This document shows positions 43,626-55,767 of a stretch of 57,145 bases of DNA, one piece after another. Below the pieces are notes generated by a model, which was not told the origin of the DNA, made no database searches, and was given only the letters and a program-made list of their open reading frames with translations. The translations under genes were made by a program, and so were the position numbers. This DNA comes from Clostridia bacterium (GTDB lineage: Bacteria > Bacillota > Clostridia > TANB77 > CAG-508): NCBI GenBank assembly GCA_022798895.1, contig JAAWNJ010000003.1, forward strand, positions 1 through 57,145. The letters run 5' to 3'. Numbering within the stretch: the stretch's first letter is position 1; the number at the start of each line of letters is the position of its first letter.

Positions 43626-44634
43626 ATCAAAGTTAATTAGAAATTTTCTATTTTTTATATTACTCATTGGTATAACACTTTACATTTTATTAAAAGACCA
43701 AAATATTACCATGATATTTCAAATTATTCGCTCAGCTAAGGTAGAATATTTATTAATAGGAATTATTTGTATGATATTATACCTAGCTTGCGAAGCAATT
43801 GATATAGGGAGAACTTTAAAAGTATTAAATGAGAAATCGTCTTTCAAGCAAAATTTTAAATATGCCTTAATAGGTTTCTTCTTTAGTTCTATTACACCAG
43901 CAGCAAGTGGAGGACAGCCAATGCAAATTTACTATATGCATAAAGATAATATTGATATTTCTAGTTCTACACTAGCGCTTTTACTAAATTTAAGCGGAAT
44001 GCAAGTCATTACCCTTAGCTTTGCGTTTATTAGTTTACTATTTAATTATCAATATATGAACAAAGTATTAATTATTTTCTTTATTGTAGGTGTATGCTTA
44101 AATGTAGTAGCATTAGCACTTTTGATTATTGGCATTTTCTCTAAAAGAATGTCAGAAGGGCTAGTTCATATTGCTATTAAGATAATGAAGTTCTTTAGAA
44201 TTAAAAATATTGACAAGAAAAAAGAAAAAATAGAAGCACAATTAGCGAAATACCAAGAGAGTGCTGTATACATAAAGAAACATAAATCTTTAATGGTAAA
44301 AATAATTGCCACAACAGCAGTGCAGTTTTTACTGTATTATAGTACTTCTTATTGGACTTATAGGGCATTAGGATTAAGTGAACATGGTATTTTAGAGATT
44401 ATTACAATACAATCTGTACTATATGCAACAGTATCAGGAATTCCATCACCAGGTGCAGTAGGTGTTAGTGAAGGAGCATTTACAGAAATATTTAGAAATG
44501 TATATCCACAAGACATGATGACAAGTAGTGTACTTTTAAGTAGAGGTATCAACTTTTATTTGTTTGTTGTCATTAGTGGAATTGTTGTAATTGTGAATCA
44601 ATTGCGATGGAAGAGAGAACTTAAACAAAAATGA
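43606..44634 (+). CDS. lysylphosphatidylglycerol synthase TM / flippase-like protein
   Basis: FFSSITPAASGGQP, IPSPGAVGVSE; multiple TM helices. Confidence 0.9.
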   Translation: MTTVKSKSKLIRNFLFFILLIGITLYILLKDQNITMIFQIIRSAKVEYLLIGIICMILYLACEAIDIGRTLKVLNEKSSFKQNFKYALIGFFFSSITPAASGGQPMQIYYMHKDNIDISSSTLALLLNLSGMQVITLSFAFISLLFNYQYMNKVLIIFFIVGVCLNVVALALLIIGIFSKRMSEGLVHIAIKIMKFFRIKNIDKKKEKIEAQLAKYQESAVYIKKHKSLMVKIIATTAVQFLLYYSTSYWTYRALGLSEHGILEIITIQSVLYATVSGIPSPGAVGVSEGAFTEIFRNVYPQDMMTSSVLLSRGINFYLFVVISGIVVIVNQLRWKRELKQK

Positions 44635-44872
44635 AAAATCTGAACTAACAGTCTCTATAAGCAAAGCTTTAAGAGACTGTAATGTTTCACATAATTATTC
44701 TGTAAGGAGCTTTTTATTGCTTACGCAAAAAAATTCCTAACAGAATAAAAAAATGTATAAAAATTTCCTTTTAAAGCAATAATAAGAATATCAAGAAAAT
44801 CATGCTTAAAAATAGTATGAGATATAAATTGCAAGAGCTTTCCAGCTCTAAATTTAAAAGGAGGTTAACGTT

Positions 44873-45427
44873 TTGAAAGCGACAGGAGTAGTAAGAAGAA
44901 TAGATGATTTAGGAAGAGTAGTTATTCCAAAAGAAATTAGAAAAACCTTACGTATTAAAGAAGGTGACCCATTAGAAATTTTTACAGATAAAGAAGGCGA
45001 AGTTATTTTAAAGAAATATTCTCCAATAGGAGAATTAACAGAATTTGCAACAGGTTATGCAGAAACTTTAGCGAAAACAACAGGACATATTGCTTGTATT
45101 ACAGATAAAGATACAGTTATTGCAGTTTCAGGAGGTTCTAAGAAAGAATTTTTAGAGCAAGACTTAAGTGAAGAGTTAGAAAGAATTATGGAAGACAAAG
45201 AAAAATATACAAGTAAAGAAAATAATGATTTAGCGGTTCCAATTACGAAAAATGATAATAAAGAAAGAAGATATCATTCACAAATCGTATATCCAATTAT
45301 TTCAGATGGTGATGTTATTGGCAGTGTTATTCTCTTATCAAAAGATAGTACGACTAAAATGTCTGAGATAGAACAGAAAGTGGCACAATCGGCAGCAAGC
45401 TTTTTAGGAAGCCAAATGGAGATTTAG
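44873..45427 (+). CDS. spoVT: stage V sporulation protein T
   Basis: MKATGVVRRIDDLGRVVIPKEIR AbrB domain plus GAF-like domain. Confidence 0.96.
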   Translation: MKATGVVRRIDDLGRVVIPKEIRKTLRIKEGDPLEIFTDKEGEVILKKYSPIGELTEFATGYAETLAKTTGHIACITDKDTVIAVSGGSKKEFLEQDLSEELERIMEDKEKYTSKENNDLAVPITKNDNKERRYHSQIVYPIISDGDVIGSVILLSKDSTTKMSEIEQKVAQSAASFLGSQMEI

Positions 45428-45565
45428 TTTTTTTGTTACAATCATATTACGCTCTTGTAATAAAAATGTAACATAAAAAACAAAAAAAATACTTGATTAT
45501 TTTTCTATATTGTAGTATAAATAAGGCAGTAAATGTTTAAGTGACTCACAAAGGAGGAAAAATAA

Positions 45566-45820
45566 ATGGCAAATTATGAGAATGGAAATGTTTATGGTGG
45601 AGTAAGCACTGTAGAAAATCCAGCAGAATTTAAACCAGCAGGTGTGCCAACTAAAATTAGCACTTGGAGTAAAATTAGAAATTTCTTATTTAAAGAAATT
45701 ACAGTAACAATGACACCAAAACAACAAAAGGTATTACAAGAAGTACACGATTTTTGGCATCAAGATGCAAAAGATTTTCTTTTTCAAGAAATAAAAATAA
45801 TTGATAATATTACTCTATAA
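45566..45820 (+). CDS. small hypothetical protein
   Basis: AGGAGG RBS; upstream TTGATT..TATAAA promoter; internal FLFxEI repeat. Confidence 0.7.
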   Translation: MANYENGNVYGGVSTVENPAEFKPAGVPTKISTWSKIRNFLFKEITVTMTPKQQKVLQEVHDFWHQDAKDFLFQEIKIIDNITL

Positions 45821-46057
45821 ATGATTATCTTATTGCTTTAGCAATTAGAAATCATTCTATACTTTAATATAGGATGGAGTATTTTAATTATGAAATAATG
45901 GGGGTATTTTTATAGTACCTCTATTTTTGCGTTCTCTAAGACAAGAAAAAATAAAAAGTTAAAATTTAAGCTAGAATACTTGAAAAATCTATATTGTTGA
46001 TATAAAATTACATTGTTTAGGATATACTAAACAAATAGTAAGAAAGGTCTTACTTAG

Positions 46058-47083
<1,026 letters not shown>

Positions 47084-47096
47084 TCTTAATGTTTAA

Positions 47097-47239
47097 TGTT
47101 TTATATAAACTATAATTCTGTTTGACCTTGTTGTCCGTTGCTTTCAAATGCTGACGCGGATAGAAGAAAGCAACGGAAGGCGCTCGGCTAAAGCCTCGCC
47201 TTACGCGGTCTACACTTTCATTATAGTTTATATAAAACA
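47097..47239 (+). ncRNA. putative structured intergenic RNA/repeat (family B, copy 2)
   Basis: Perfect 20-bp closing stem enclosing the same core as 25707-25856. Confidence 0.6.
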
Positions 47240-47265
47240 AAAATAAAAATTAAAGGAGAAAATTT

Positions 47266-48621
47266 ATGGAAAAAAAGACAGTAAGAGATATGAATGTAAA
47301 AGGGAAAACTATTCTAGTTCGTTGTGATTTCAATGTGCCAATGAAAGATGGAAAAATCCAAGATGATACAAGAATTAAAGCAGCTATTCCTACAATTCAA
47401 TACTTAATGGATCAAGGAGCAAAAGTGGTTCTTTGTTCTCATTTAGGTAAACCAAAGCCAAAAGAAATGACTGAGGAAGAAATGAAAGCAAAATATTCTT
47501 TAAATCCTGTAGCAGAAAGATTATCAGAACAATTAGGAAAAGAAGTAAAATTTGCTGGTGATACAACAGGAGATAGTGCTAAAGGAATGATTAGTGAATT
47601 AAAAGAGGGAGAAGCAGGTTTAGTAGAAAATACACGCTTTGACCCAAGAGAGACTAAAAATGATGAAACTTTATCAGCAGAATTTGCAGATTTAGCAGAT
47701 GGCTATGTAAATGATGCTTTTGGAAGTGCCCATAGAGCACATAGTTCAACTGAAGGTGTTGCTAAGAAAATGGAAGAACAAGGAAAAGAAACTGCTTTAG
47801 GATTTCTAATGGAAAAAGAAGTAGAAGAGTTAGGAGCAGTATTAGAAAGTCCAGATAAACCATTTGTAGCTATCTTAGGAGGTGCAAAAGTTTCTGATAA
47901 AATTGGAGTAATTACGAACCTAATTGAAAATGCAGGAATTGATAAAATACTAATCGGTGGAAAAATGGCAAATACTTTCTTAAAGGCTAGAGGATACAAC
48001 ATTGGAGGTTCTAGTTATGAAGAAGATAAATTAAAAACAGCAGAAGAGATTATGAAATTAGCAGTGGAAAAAGGAGTAGAACTAATTCTTCCAACAGATT
48101 TAAAAGTTGCTCAAATTCCACAAGATGTAGAATTAACACCAGAAGTTGTAGAGCAAGCTCCAAGTATGGTAGTGAATGTAGAAGAAGGAATTCCAGAAGG
48201 ATATCAATCATTTGACATTGGAGAGCAAACTTTAGACAGTTATGCAAATGCCTTAGATGGAACTAAAAAAGTAGTATGGAATGGACCTTTAGGTTATACA
48301 GAAGCTCCTAAATATGCAGTAGGTACAGAAACAGTAGCTAGATATATTGCGAAACAAACAAGAGCAAAATGTGTGATTGGTGGTGGAGATTCCGTAGCAG
48401 CAGTTAATAAATTCTTAGATGAAGCAAGAAATAATGGGGAAGATATGAGTGAATTTGATGATAAAGTTCACGCTTCAACAGGTGGTGGAGCAGCTTTAGA
48501 GTTATTAGAAGGAAAACAATTACCAGGAATTGCAGTTATTCAAAATAGAGAGCAAAAAATAAAAAATGATGAAAATCATCAAGGACCTACTACTACAAAA
48601 AGTGTTGAAAAAGAATATTAA
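47266..48621 (+). CDS. pgk: phosphoglycerate kinase
   Basis: VRCDFNVP, NDAFGSAHRAH, LGGAKVSDK, WNGP, GGGDS, STGGGA. Confidence 0.98.
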   Translation: MEKKTVRDMNVKGKTILVRCDFNVPMKDGKIQDDTRIKAAIPTIQYLMDQGAKVVLCSHLGKPKPKEMTEEEMKAKYSLNPVAERLSEQLGKEVKFAGDTTGDSAKGMISELKEGEAGLVENTRFDPRETKNDETLSAEFADLADGYVNDAFGSAHRAHSSTEGVAKKMEEQGKETALGFLMEKEVEELGAVLESPDKPFVAILGGAKVSDKIGVITNLIENAGIDKILIGGKMANTFLKARGYNIGGSSYEEDKLKTAEEIMKLAVEKGVELILPTDLKVAQIPQDVELTPEVVEQAPSMVVNVEEGIPEGYQSFDIGEQTLDSYANALDGTKKVVWNGPLGYTEAPKYAVGTETVARYIAKQTRAKCVIGGGDSVAAVNKFLDEARNNGEDMSEFDDKVHASTGGGAALELLEGKQLPGIAVIQNREQKIKNDENHQGPTTTKSVEKEY

Positions 48622-48651
48622 TGAATTAGAAGTTAAAAATAGGAGAAGAGA

Positions 48652-49398
48652 ATGAGAAGAAAAGTAATTGCAGGAAATTGGAAAATGAATATGCTTCCTA
48701 ATGAAGCAATTAGTTTTATTGAACAAATAACTCCATTAGTAAAAGACACAAATAATGAAGTGATCCTTTGTGTACCATATACTGATTTATTCTATAGTTT
48801 ACTAACTGCTCAGAATACAAATATTAAAATAGGGGCACAAAATATGCATTGGGAAGAAAAAGGAGCATATACAGGAGAAATTTCAGGACAAATGCTAAAA
48901 TCTATTGGAGTGGAATATGTTATTATAGGGCACTCTGAAAGAAGACAATATTTTGCAGAAACAGATGAAACTGTGAATAAAAAGGTGAAATCAGCTTTAA
49001 CAAATGAATTAAAGCCAATTATTTGTGTAGGTGAGACTTTAGAACAAAGAGAACAAGGAAAAGCAGAGGAAGTTATCACAAAACAAACGATGCTTGCATT
49101 AGAAGGATTAAGTAAAGAGCAAATAGCAAATGTTATTCTTGCTTATGAGCCAATTTGGGCAATAGGAACAGGAAAAACAGCGACATCAGAAGATGCTAAT
49201 AATAGTATTAAATGGGTTCGTAATAAAGTAGAAGAACTTTATGGAAGAGAAGTTGCAAATGAAATGATTATTCTTTATGGTGGTAGTGTCAAAGCAGAAA
49301 ATGCCAAAGAACTATTTTCCACTACAGATATTGATGGTGGATTAGTAGGTGGAGCAAGCTTAAAGGTAGACGAATTTAGCAAAATAGTGTTGGTTTAG
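48652..49398 (+). CDS. tpiA: triosephosphate isomerase
   Basis: AGNWKMN, GHSERR, AYEPIWAIGTG, YGGSV, LVGGASL. Confidence 0.99.
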   Translation: MRRKVIAGNWKMNMLPNEAISFIEQITPLVKDTNNEVILCVPYTDLFYSLLTAQNTNIKIGAQNMHWEEKGAYTGEISGQMLKSIGVEYVIIGHSERRQYFAETDETVNKKVKSALTNELKPIICVGETLEQREQGKAEEVITKQTMLALEGLSKEQIANVILAYEPIWAIGTGKTATSEDANNSIKWVRNKVEELYGREVANEMIILYGGSVKAENAKELFSTTDIDGGLVGGASLKVDEFSKIVLV

Positions 49399-49491
49399 GG
49401 ACGTATCTTAAACTGACATAAATAGAAGAAAGCATAATAATATAAATAAAATAAATTTATGTTGGTTTAAGGTACGTCCTTAAACTGACAC
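49387..49491. repeat. REP/REPIN-like palindromic element (family A) overlapping the tpiA 3' end
   Basis: GTGTTGGTTTAGGGACGTATCTTAAACTGACA...GTTGGTTTAAGGTACGTCCTTAAACTGACAC. Confidence 0.85.
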
Positions 49492-49518
49492 TAATAAAAA
49501 AGGGGGCGAAAATTAAAT

Positions 49519-50169
49519 ATGGATAAGGAGAACAAAAAGATGGAAGAAAACACAGCAAATAAATTAGAAAAAGAAGAGAAAAAATATACTTATGCAGACT
49601 TACTAGAAATGGATGACGATAAACGTTATGAAATTATTGATGGAAAGTTATATTTAATGAGTAGTCCGAGAATAAAACACCAAGTACTTGCAGGAGAAAT
49701 TTTCGTGCAATTATCTTTATGTTTAAAAGGTAAAAAATGCAAAGCATTTATAGCACCATTAGATGTAACACTTTCTAATTACAAACAAGATAATAAAATA
49801 TATAATGTGGTACAGCCAGATGTATTAGTAGTTTGTAATAGAGAACAACTAAAAGATCCAAGAAAAATAACAGACGCACCAAGTTTTATAATTGAAATTT
49901 TATCCCCCTCCACTAGTAGGAAAGATAGATTAGAGAAGATGAATTTGTATCAAAAATATGGGGTAAAAGAATATTGGATTATAGACCCAGTAGATATGAT
50001 AGTAACACCCTATATTTTAGATGAAAATGGCTTTTATAAAACAGAAAAAAATTATGACTTAACAACAGAAGAAATACCAGTCAATATTTTACAGGACTGC
50101 AAAATAGATTTAAGAGAATTTTTAAAAGAAAATAGTGAATGGATAAATAGTACAGCAGATGTTGAATGA
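49519..50169 (+). CDS. Uma2-family endonuclease (paralog of 23825)
   Basis: YTYADL..RYEIIDG..MSSP..HQ, VQPDVLVVC, IEILSPST, YQKYGVKEYW. Confidence 0.9.
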   Translation: MDKENKKMEENTANKLEKEEKKYTYADLLEMDDDKRYEIIDGKLYLMSSPRIKHQVLAGEIFVQLSLCLKGKKCKAFIAPLDVTLSNYKQDNKIYNVVQPDVLVVCNREQLKDPRKITDAPSFIIEILSPSTSRKDRLEKMNLYQKYGVKEYWIIDPVDMIVTPYILDENGFYKTEKNYDLTTEEIPVNILQDCKIDLREFLKENSEWINSTADVE

Positions 50170-50200
50170 AAAGAAAAGCAATAAGACAATCAGTAGAACA

Positions 50201-50300
50201 GTGTCAGTTTAGGGACGTACCTTAAACTGACATAAATAGAAGAAAGCATAAAAATATAAATAAAATTATGTTGGTTTAAGGTACGTCCCTAAACTGACGC
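50201..50300. repeat. REP/REPIN-like palindromic element (family A)
   Basis: GTGTCAGTTTAGGGACGTACCTTAAAC...GTTTAAGGTACGTCCCTAAACTGACGC; spacer nearly identical to the 49387 copy. Confidence 0.85.
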
Positions 50301-50314
50301 AAGGAGTAAAAATA

Positions 50315-51847
50315 ATGAGAAGAAAACCGATGATGCTAATGATTTTAGATGGATTTGGAATAAATGAAATAGAAAAAGCAAATGCGGTAAAATTAGCCAA
50401 TACACCTAATATAGACAATCTAATGAAAACATGGCCGACTACTGAAATTCATACAAGTGGATTAGAAGTTGGACTTCCAGATGGACAAATGGGAAATTCA
50501 GAAGTAGGGCACACCAATATTGGGGCAGGAAGAGTTGTTTATCAAGACTTAACTAGAATTACAAAATCGATTGAAGATGGTGACTTCTTTAGTGTCAAAG
50601 AAATTACAGAAGCAATAGAAAATTGCCAAAGGAACCATTCTAAATTGCACATTATAGGGTTATTATCAGATGGTGGTGTACACAGTCATATTCGCCATTT
50701 AGTAGCTTTATTAGAGGCAGCCAAAAGAAAAGATTTTGAAGATGTATATGTACATTGCTTCTTAGACGGAAGAGATACTCCACCAGCTTCTGGTGAAGGG
50801 TATATTGCTCAGCTAGAAGAAAAAATGAGGGAAAAAGAAGTGGGAAAAATAGCCAGTATTTCCGGAAGATTCTATAGCATGGATAGAGACAAGAGATGGG
50901 ACAGAGTAGAAAAAGCATATAATGCTTTAGTAAAAGGCGAGGGAGAAAAGGCAACATCAGCTATTAGTGCAATTGAAAGTTCTTATCAACAAGAAGTATT
51001 TGATGAGTTCGTTCTTCCAACTGTTATTTGTAATAATAGTAATGAACCACTAGCAACTATCCAAGACAATGATTCCGTTATTTTCTTTAATTATAGACCA
51101 GATAGAGCAAGAGAAATTACAAGAAGTTTAGTAGACCCAGAATTTGAGGGCTTTGAAACAAAACCTTTAAATTTATACTATGTATGTTTTACGCAATATG
51201 ATGAAACAATTCCAAATGTTCATATAGCCTTTAAACCAGAGAGTTTGAAAAACACTTTTGGAGAATATGTTTCAAATCAAGGTTTAACACAATTAAGAAT
51301 TGCTGAAACAGAAAAATATGCACATGTTACTTTCTTCTTTAATGGAGGAGAAGAAAAGCAATATCCAGGAGAAGATAGAATTTTGGTGCCATCACCAAAG
51401 GTTCAAACCTATGATATGCAACCAGAAATGAGCGCAGTAGAGGTAACTGATAAAGTGGTAGAAGCAATTCGATCTGATAAATATGATTGTATTATTCTAA
51501 ATTATGCTAATCCAGATATGGTAGGACATACTGGAAATTTAGAAGCAGCTATTAAAGCAATTGAAACAATAGATGAATGTGTTGCAAGAGTTGTAGCAGC
51601 AATAGAAGAAAAAAATGGTATGATTATTATGACAGCTGACCATGGAAATGCAGAACAGATGATAGATTACAAAACAGGAGAGCCACATACTGCTCATACG
51701 ACTAACATTGTACCGCTGGTGCTAATTGGAGTAGAAGGTGTACAATTGAAATCAGGAAAATTAGCAGATTTGGCACCAACTATGTTAGAACTAATGGGAT
51801 TGCAAAAGCCAGAGGAAATGACAGGAGAGAGCATTATAGACAATTAA
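50315..51847 (+). CDS. gpmI: 2,3-bisphosphoglycerate-independent phosphoglycerate mutase
   Basis: [47 protein letters not shown]. Confidence 0.98.
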   Translation: MRRKPMMLMILDGFGINEIEKANAVKLANTPNIDNLMKTWPTTEIHTSGLEVGLPDGQMGNSEVGHTNIGAGRVVYQDLTRITKSIEDGDFFSVKEITEAIENCQRNHSKLHIIGLLSDGGVHSHIRHLVALLEAAKRKDFEDVYVHCFLDGRDTPPASGEGYIAQLEEKMREKEVGKIASISGRFYSMDRDKRWDRVEKAYNALVKGEGEKATSAISAIESSYQQEVFDEFVLPTVICNNSNEPLATIQDNDSVIFFNYRPDRAREITRSLVDPEFEGFETKPLNLYYVCFTQYDETIPNVHIAFKPESLKNTFGEYVSNQGLTQLRIAETEKYAHVTFFFNGGEEKQYPGEDRILVPSPKVQTYDMQPEMSAVEVTDKVVEAIRSDKYDCIILNYANPDMVGHTGNLEAAIKAIETIDECVARVVAAIEEKNGMIIMTADHGNAEQMIDYKTGEPHTAHTTNIVPLVLIGVEGVQLKSGKLADLAPTMLELMGLQKPEEMTGESIIDN

Positions 51848-51933
51848 ATAATGTTTAAAATTCGAATATGTAATATAGCAATATTATATATTTGAAAAAT
51901 TTAAAATAAATATAACAAAGAAAGGAAAGTTAA

Positions 51934-53238
<1,305 letters not shown>

Positions 53239-53296
53239 AGGATTGTTTTACCACTTTAGCAGTTAGAAATTATTATATGCTTTAGCATAGGACAAT

Positions 53297-53342
53297 AAAA
53301 AGTGACTGTAACAGAATAAAATTTCTGTTACAGTCACTTTTT
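53297..53342. terminator. bidirectional terminator
   Basis: AAAAAGTGACTGTAACAGAA/TTCTGTTACAGTCACTTTTT perfect stem. Confidence 0.85.
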
Positions 53343-53345
53343 CAG

Positions 53346-53735
53346 TTATTCAGCCAGTTCCAGAAAAATTGCTTTACTGGGGTGCGCAGAAGGATGCCGA
53401 AAGGCAAGCTGGATAGGTGAATTCTCAAAGAAGAAAAGATGAGTCACAATAAACCAAAGGGGTCTGTGGTCATCATCATAGCAGGGCTCAGAACGTAGGG
53501 CAATTGCGCCAATAGGTTGCCGAGAAGAGCCATAATAGAGTGAAAATGAGCAATTGCCATCGGTAAGGATGATGATAGGAGCAAGTTCTTTTGGACCTGC
53601 TTGTCTCATCAACTCTTCAACAGCAGTTCTGTGCATAAAGAGCCATTCATCTCCAGTTAGATTTTGGATACCATCCAGATATTGGAAAGATTCCAAAATA
53701 TTTTTGCCTTTGGGGATAGTGAGTACAGATCGCAT
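53346..53735 (-). CDS. hypothetical protein of atypical composition containing two in-frame CGG codons
   Basis: AAGGAGG RBS, 129 aa, ends at the terminator; no recognisable motif. Confidence 0.55.
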   Translation of the reverse strand: MRSVLTIPKGKNILESFQYLDGIQNLTGDEWLFMHRTAVEELMRQAGPKELAPIIILTDGNCSFSLYYGSSRQPIGAIALRSEPCYDDDHRPLWFIVTHLFFFENSPIQLAFRHPSAHPSKAIFLELAE

Positions 53736-53911
53736 AAAAAAGTCCTCCTTAAAAAGTTTTGTAATCTGAAATCCCTTTGCAAACTACTTAGGATATTACC
53801 TAAAGTAATGGCATTATATCATATTTAAAACAAAAAGACAAATAGTTAGAAAAAATTTCAGAAATATAGTAGAAAATTAAATAAGATTGTGATAAAATAA
53901 ATATTATAAAT

Positions 53912-53986
53912 TGGGGTATCGCCAAGCGGTAAGGCAACCGGCTCTGACCCGGTCATGCGTAAGTTCGAATCTTACTACCCCAACCA
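53912..53986 (+). tRNA. tRNA-Gln(CUG)
   Basis: Cloverleaf: acceptor TGGGGTA/TACCCCA, anticodon arm ACCGG-CTCTGAC-CCGGT, T arm GTAAG-TTCGAAT-CTTAC, encoded CCA. Confidence 0.95.
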
Positions 53987-54039
53987 TCTAGTGATAATAC
54001 GAACAATAAGTGTTCTAATATGGGTAATAATGCCCAACC

Positions 54040-54068
54040 AAAAAAGCACCAGTTATGGTGCTTTTTTA
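54040..54068. terminator. bidirectional terminator
   Basis: AAAAAAGCACCA-gtta-TGGTGCTTTTTT. Confidence 0.8.
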
Positions 54069-54083
54069 TATGAGTGTCATTAT

Positions 54084-55583
54084 CTATTTTAATTTCTTAA
54101 ATACAAATACTCTTGAAATAGCAAATATTGCAATTATAATTCCTAAAACTAATACAATGATAGTAGCGTAATTTCCCGTTTGTGGAAGTGGATCTTTCTT
54201 TATTGTTTCATCTTTATCAGATTCTACATATCTTACACGAACCTTTGAAAATTCGGTTTCTGTTTCTTGTTTCTTTTGATTTTCATAATTGTATTCTAAA
54301 TCTACTTTAGAGTTAGTAGGTAATATTTTATCAACAATTTCTTTATTATAATCATCTTTTAATGTTAGTTTGTAGCTTAATGTAGCAACTTCACCAGCAT
54401 TTAAAAGTTCAATATTCCATGTAATGCTATTATCTGAATAATCTACTTTTTCTGATACTTTTCCAATATTAGGAGATTTTACATATTCAAAATTAAAGTT
54501 TTCAATAATCTCCTTAGGGAAGTAATCTTTAATCACTAAATCTTTAATAAAAGTATCTTTTTTATTAGCGATATCTTCATAAATACTTTCATTCATAGTA
54601 TCATATAAATTTTCATAATCAATGTGGAAAAACTTACCAACACTTGGAACAATAGGTTTTTCAGGTGTTCCGAAAATTTCTTCTGCTAATTGTCCATAAG
54701 TAGTATTAGGATCAGCGCCTTCTGGAAGAGAAGCACCAGGAACTTTATTGTTAGTTTCATTTAATCCCATTAAGATAGAGTACATATGAATTCCTTTTGC
54801 ACTTAAATCTTGTAATTTTTTTGTAGTAGCCTTTGCTACAACACCTGAATATTGAAGAGTAGTTTCAGTATTTAAGCATAAATTTGGTACACCGTCTGAT
54901 AATACAATAATATATCTTGCCACATTTTCATCTGTAGAAAAGTTCTTTTCAGCAACGCTAAGCCCTGCTTCAATATTGGTATAGGTTCCTTGATCTTTTT
55001 TGTAATCTTCAATTTTAGCTTTTAAGTCAGCTTCTGAATTAGTTAATCCAGATAATAATTTAGCATCATTTTCAGTTCCATAAACTGCACCTTCTGCAAC
55101 TTTTACACTAGAGAAAGATACAAGACCAATTTTTGCATTTTCAAATTTCTCAAGTAAAGAGTTAGTAAAGTCATTAGCAGCCTCTGCAACATAATCTGTT
55201 TTTACTTTTCCATTATATTGTTTTGTCATACTATAAGAATTATCTAATACAAAGAAAACTTCTAAATTTTTCTTTGTCAAATCTTCGTTTTGCATTAGAT
55301 TTTTAACAGTTAAAGTTAAAATAGCTTCTTTTTTCTCTGCATTAAAACTTGTTAACTCTTTTGTAAACTCTCCAATTTTATCTCCGCTAGAGGGATCTGT
55401 AATTGGAATTTCACAAAGCTTTTTTTCTACTAATTCTAAAGTAGTAACTCCTGGAACTACTTGATTAGAGTTATTTTCTTTATTTCCATCATTTCCTGTA
55501 TTAATTGTTACAGCAAATACAGGAGAAGTAACTAGTAACATCATCACTAGAAATGCTATAACACAAGTTAAACTTTTTTTCAT
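54084..55583 (-). CDS. sortase-anchored surface protein with vWA domain
   Basis: Signal peptide; FVLDNSYSM MIDAS motif, TNIEAGL, LSDGVP; LPQTG plus TM and basic tail. Confidence 0.9.
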   Translation of the reverse strand: MKKSLTCVIAFLVMMLLVTSPVFAVTINTGNDGNKENNSNQVVPGVTTLELVEKKLCEIPITDPSSGDKIGEFTKELTSFNAEKKEAILTLTVKNLMQNEDLTKKNLEVFFVLDNSYSMTKQYNGKVKTDYVAEAANDFTNSLLEKFENAKIGLVSFSSVKVAEGAVYGTENDAKLLSGLTNSEADLKAKIEDYKKDQGTYTNIEAGLSVAEKNFSTDENVARYIIVLSDGVPNLCLNTETTLQYSGVVAKATTKKLQDLSAKGIHMYSILMGLNETNNKVPGASLPEGADPNTTYGQLAEEIFGTPEKPIVPSVGKFFHIDYENLYDTMNESIYEDIANKKDTFIKDLVIKDYFPKEIIENFNFEYVKSPNIGKVSEKVDYSDNSITWNIELLNAGEVATLSYKLTLKDDYNKEIVDKILPTNSKVDLEYNYENQKKQETETEFSKVRVRYVESDKDETIKKDPLPQTGNYATIIVLVLGIIIAIFAISRVFVFKKLK

Positions 55584-55767
55584 TATTAATCGCTCCTTAT
55601 TACTTAATATATTCCATTTCATTATAACTTATGCGAATTTTTTTTTCAAGGGTTTTATCAATTTTTGCAGAAATTTACAATTCATTGTGGAAAAAAGACG
55701 AAAGTATGTTACAATTAAGAAAAAAATAAGAGAAAGAGAAGTTAGGAAACTAACTACGAGATAAGAT

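Noticed and set aside
53935-53955. CCGG in the tRNA anticodon arm as a possible CGG-reading anticodon
   Set aside because: Those bases form the anticodon stem; the loop is CTCTGAC with anticodon CTG (Gln).
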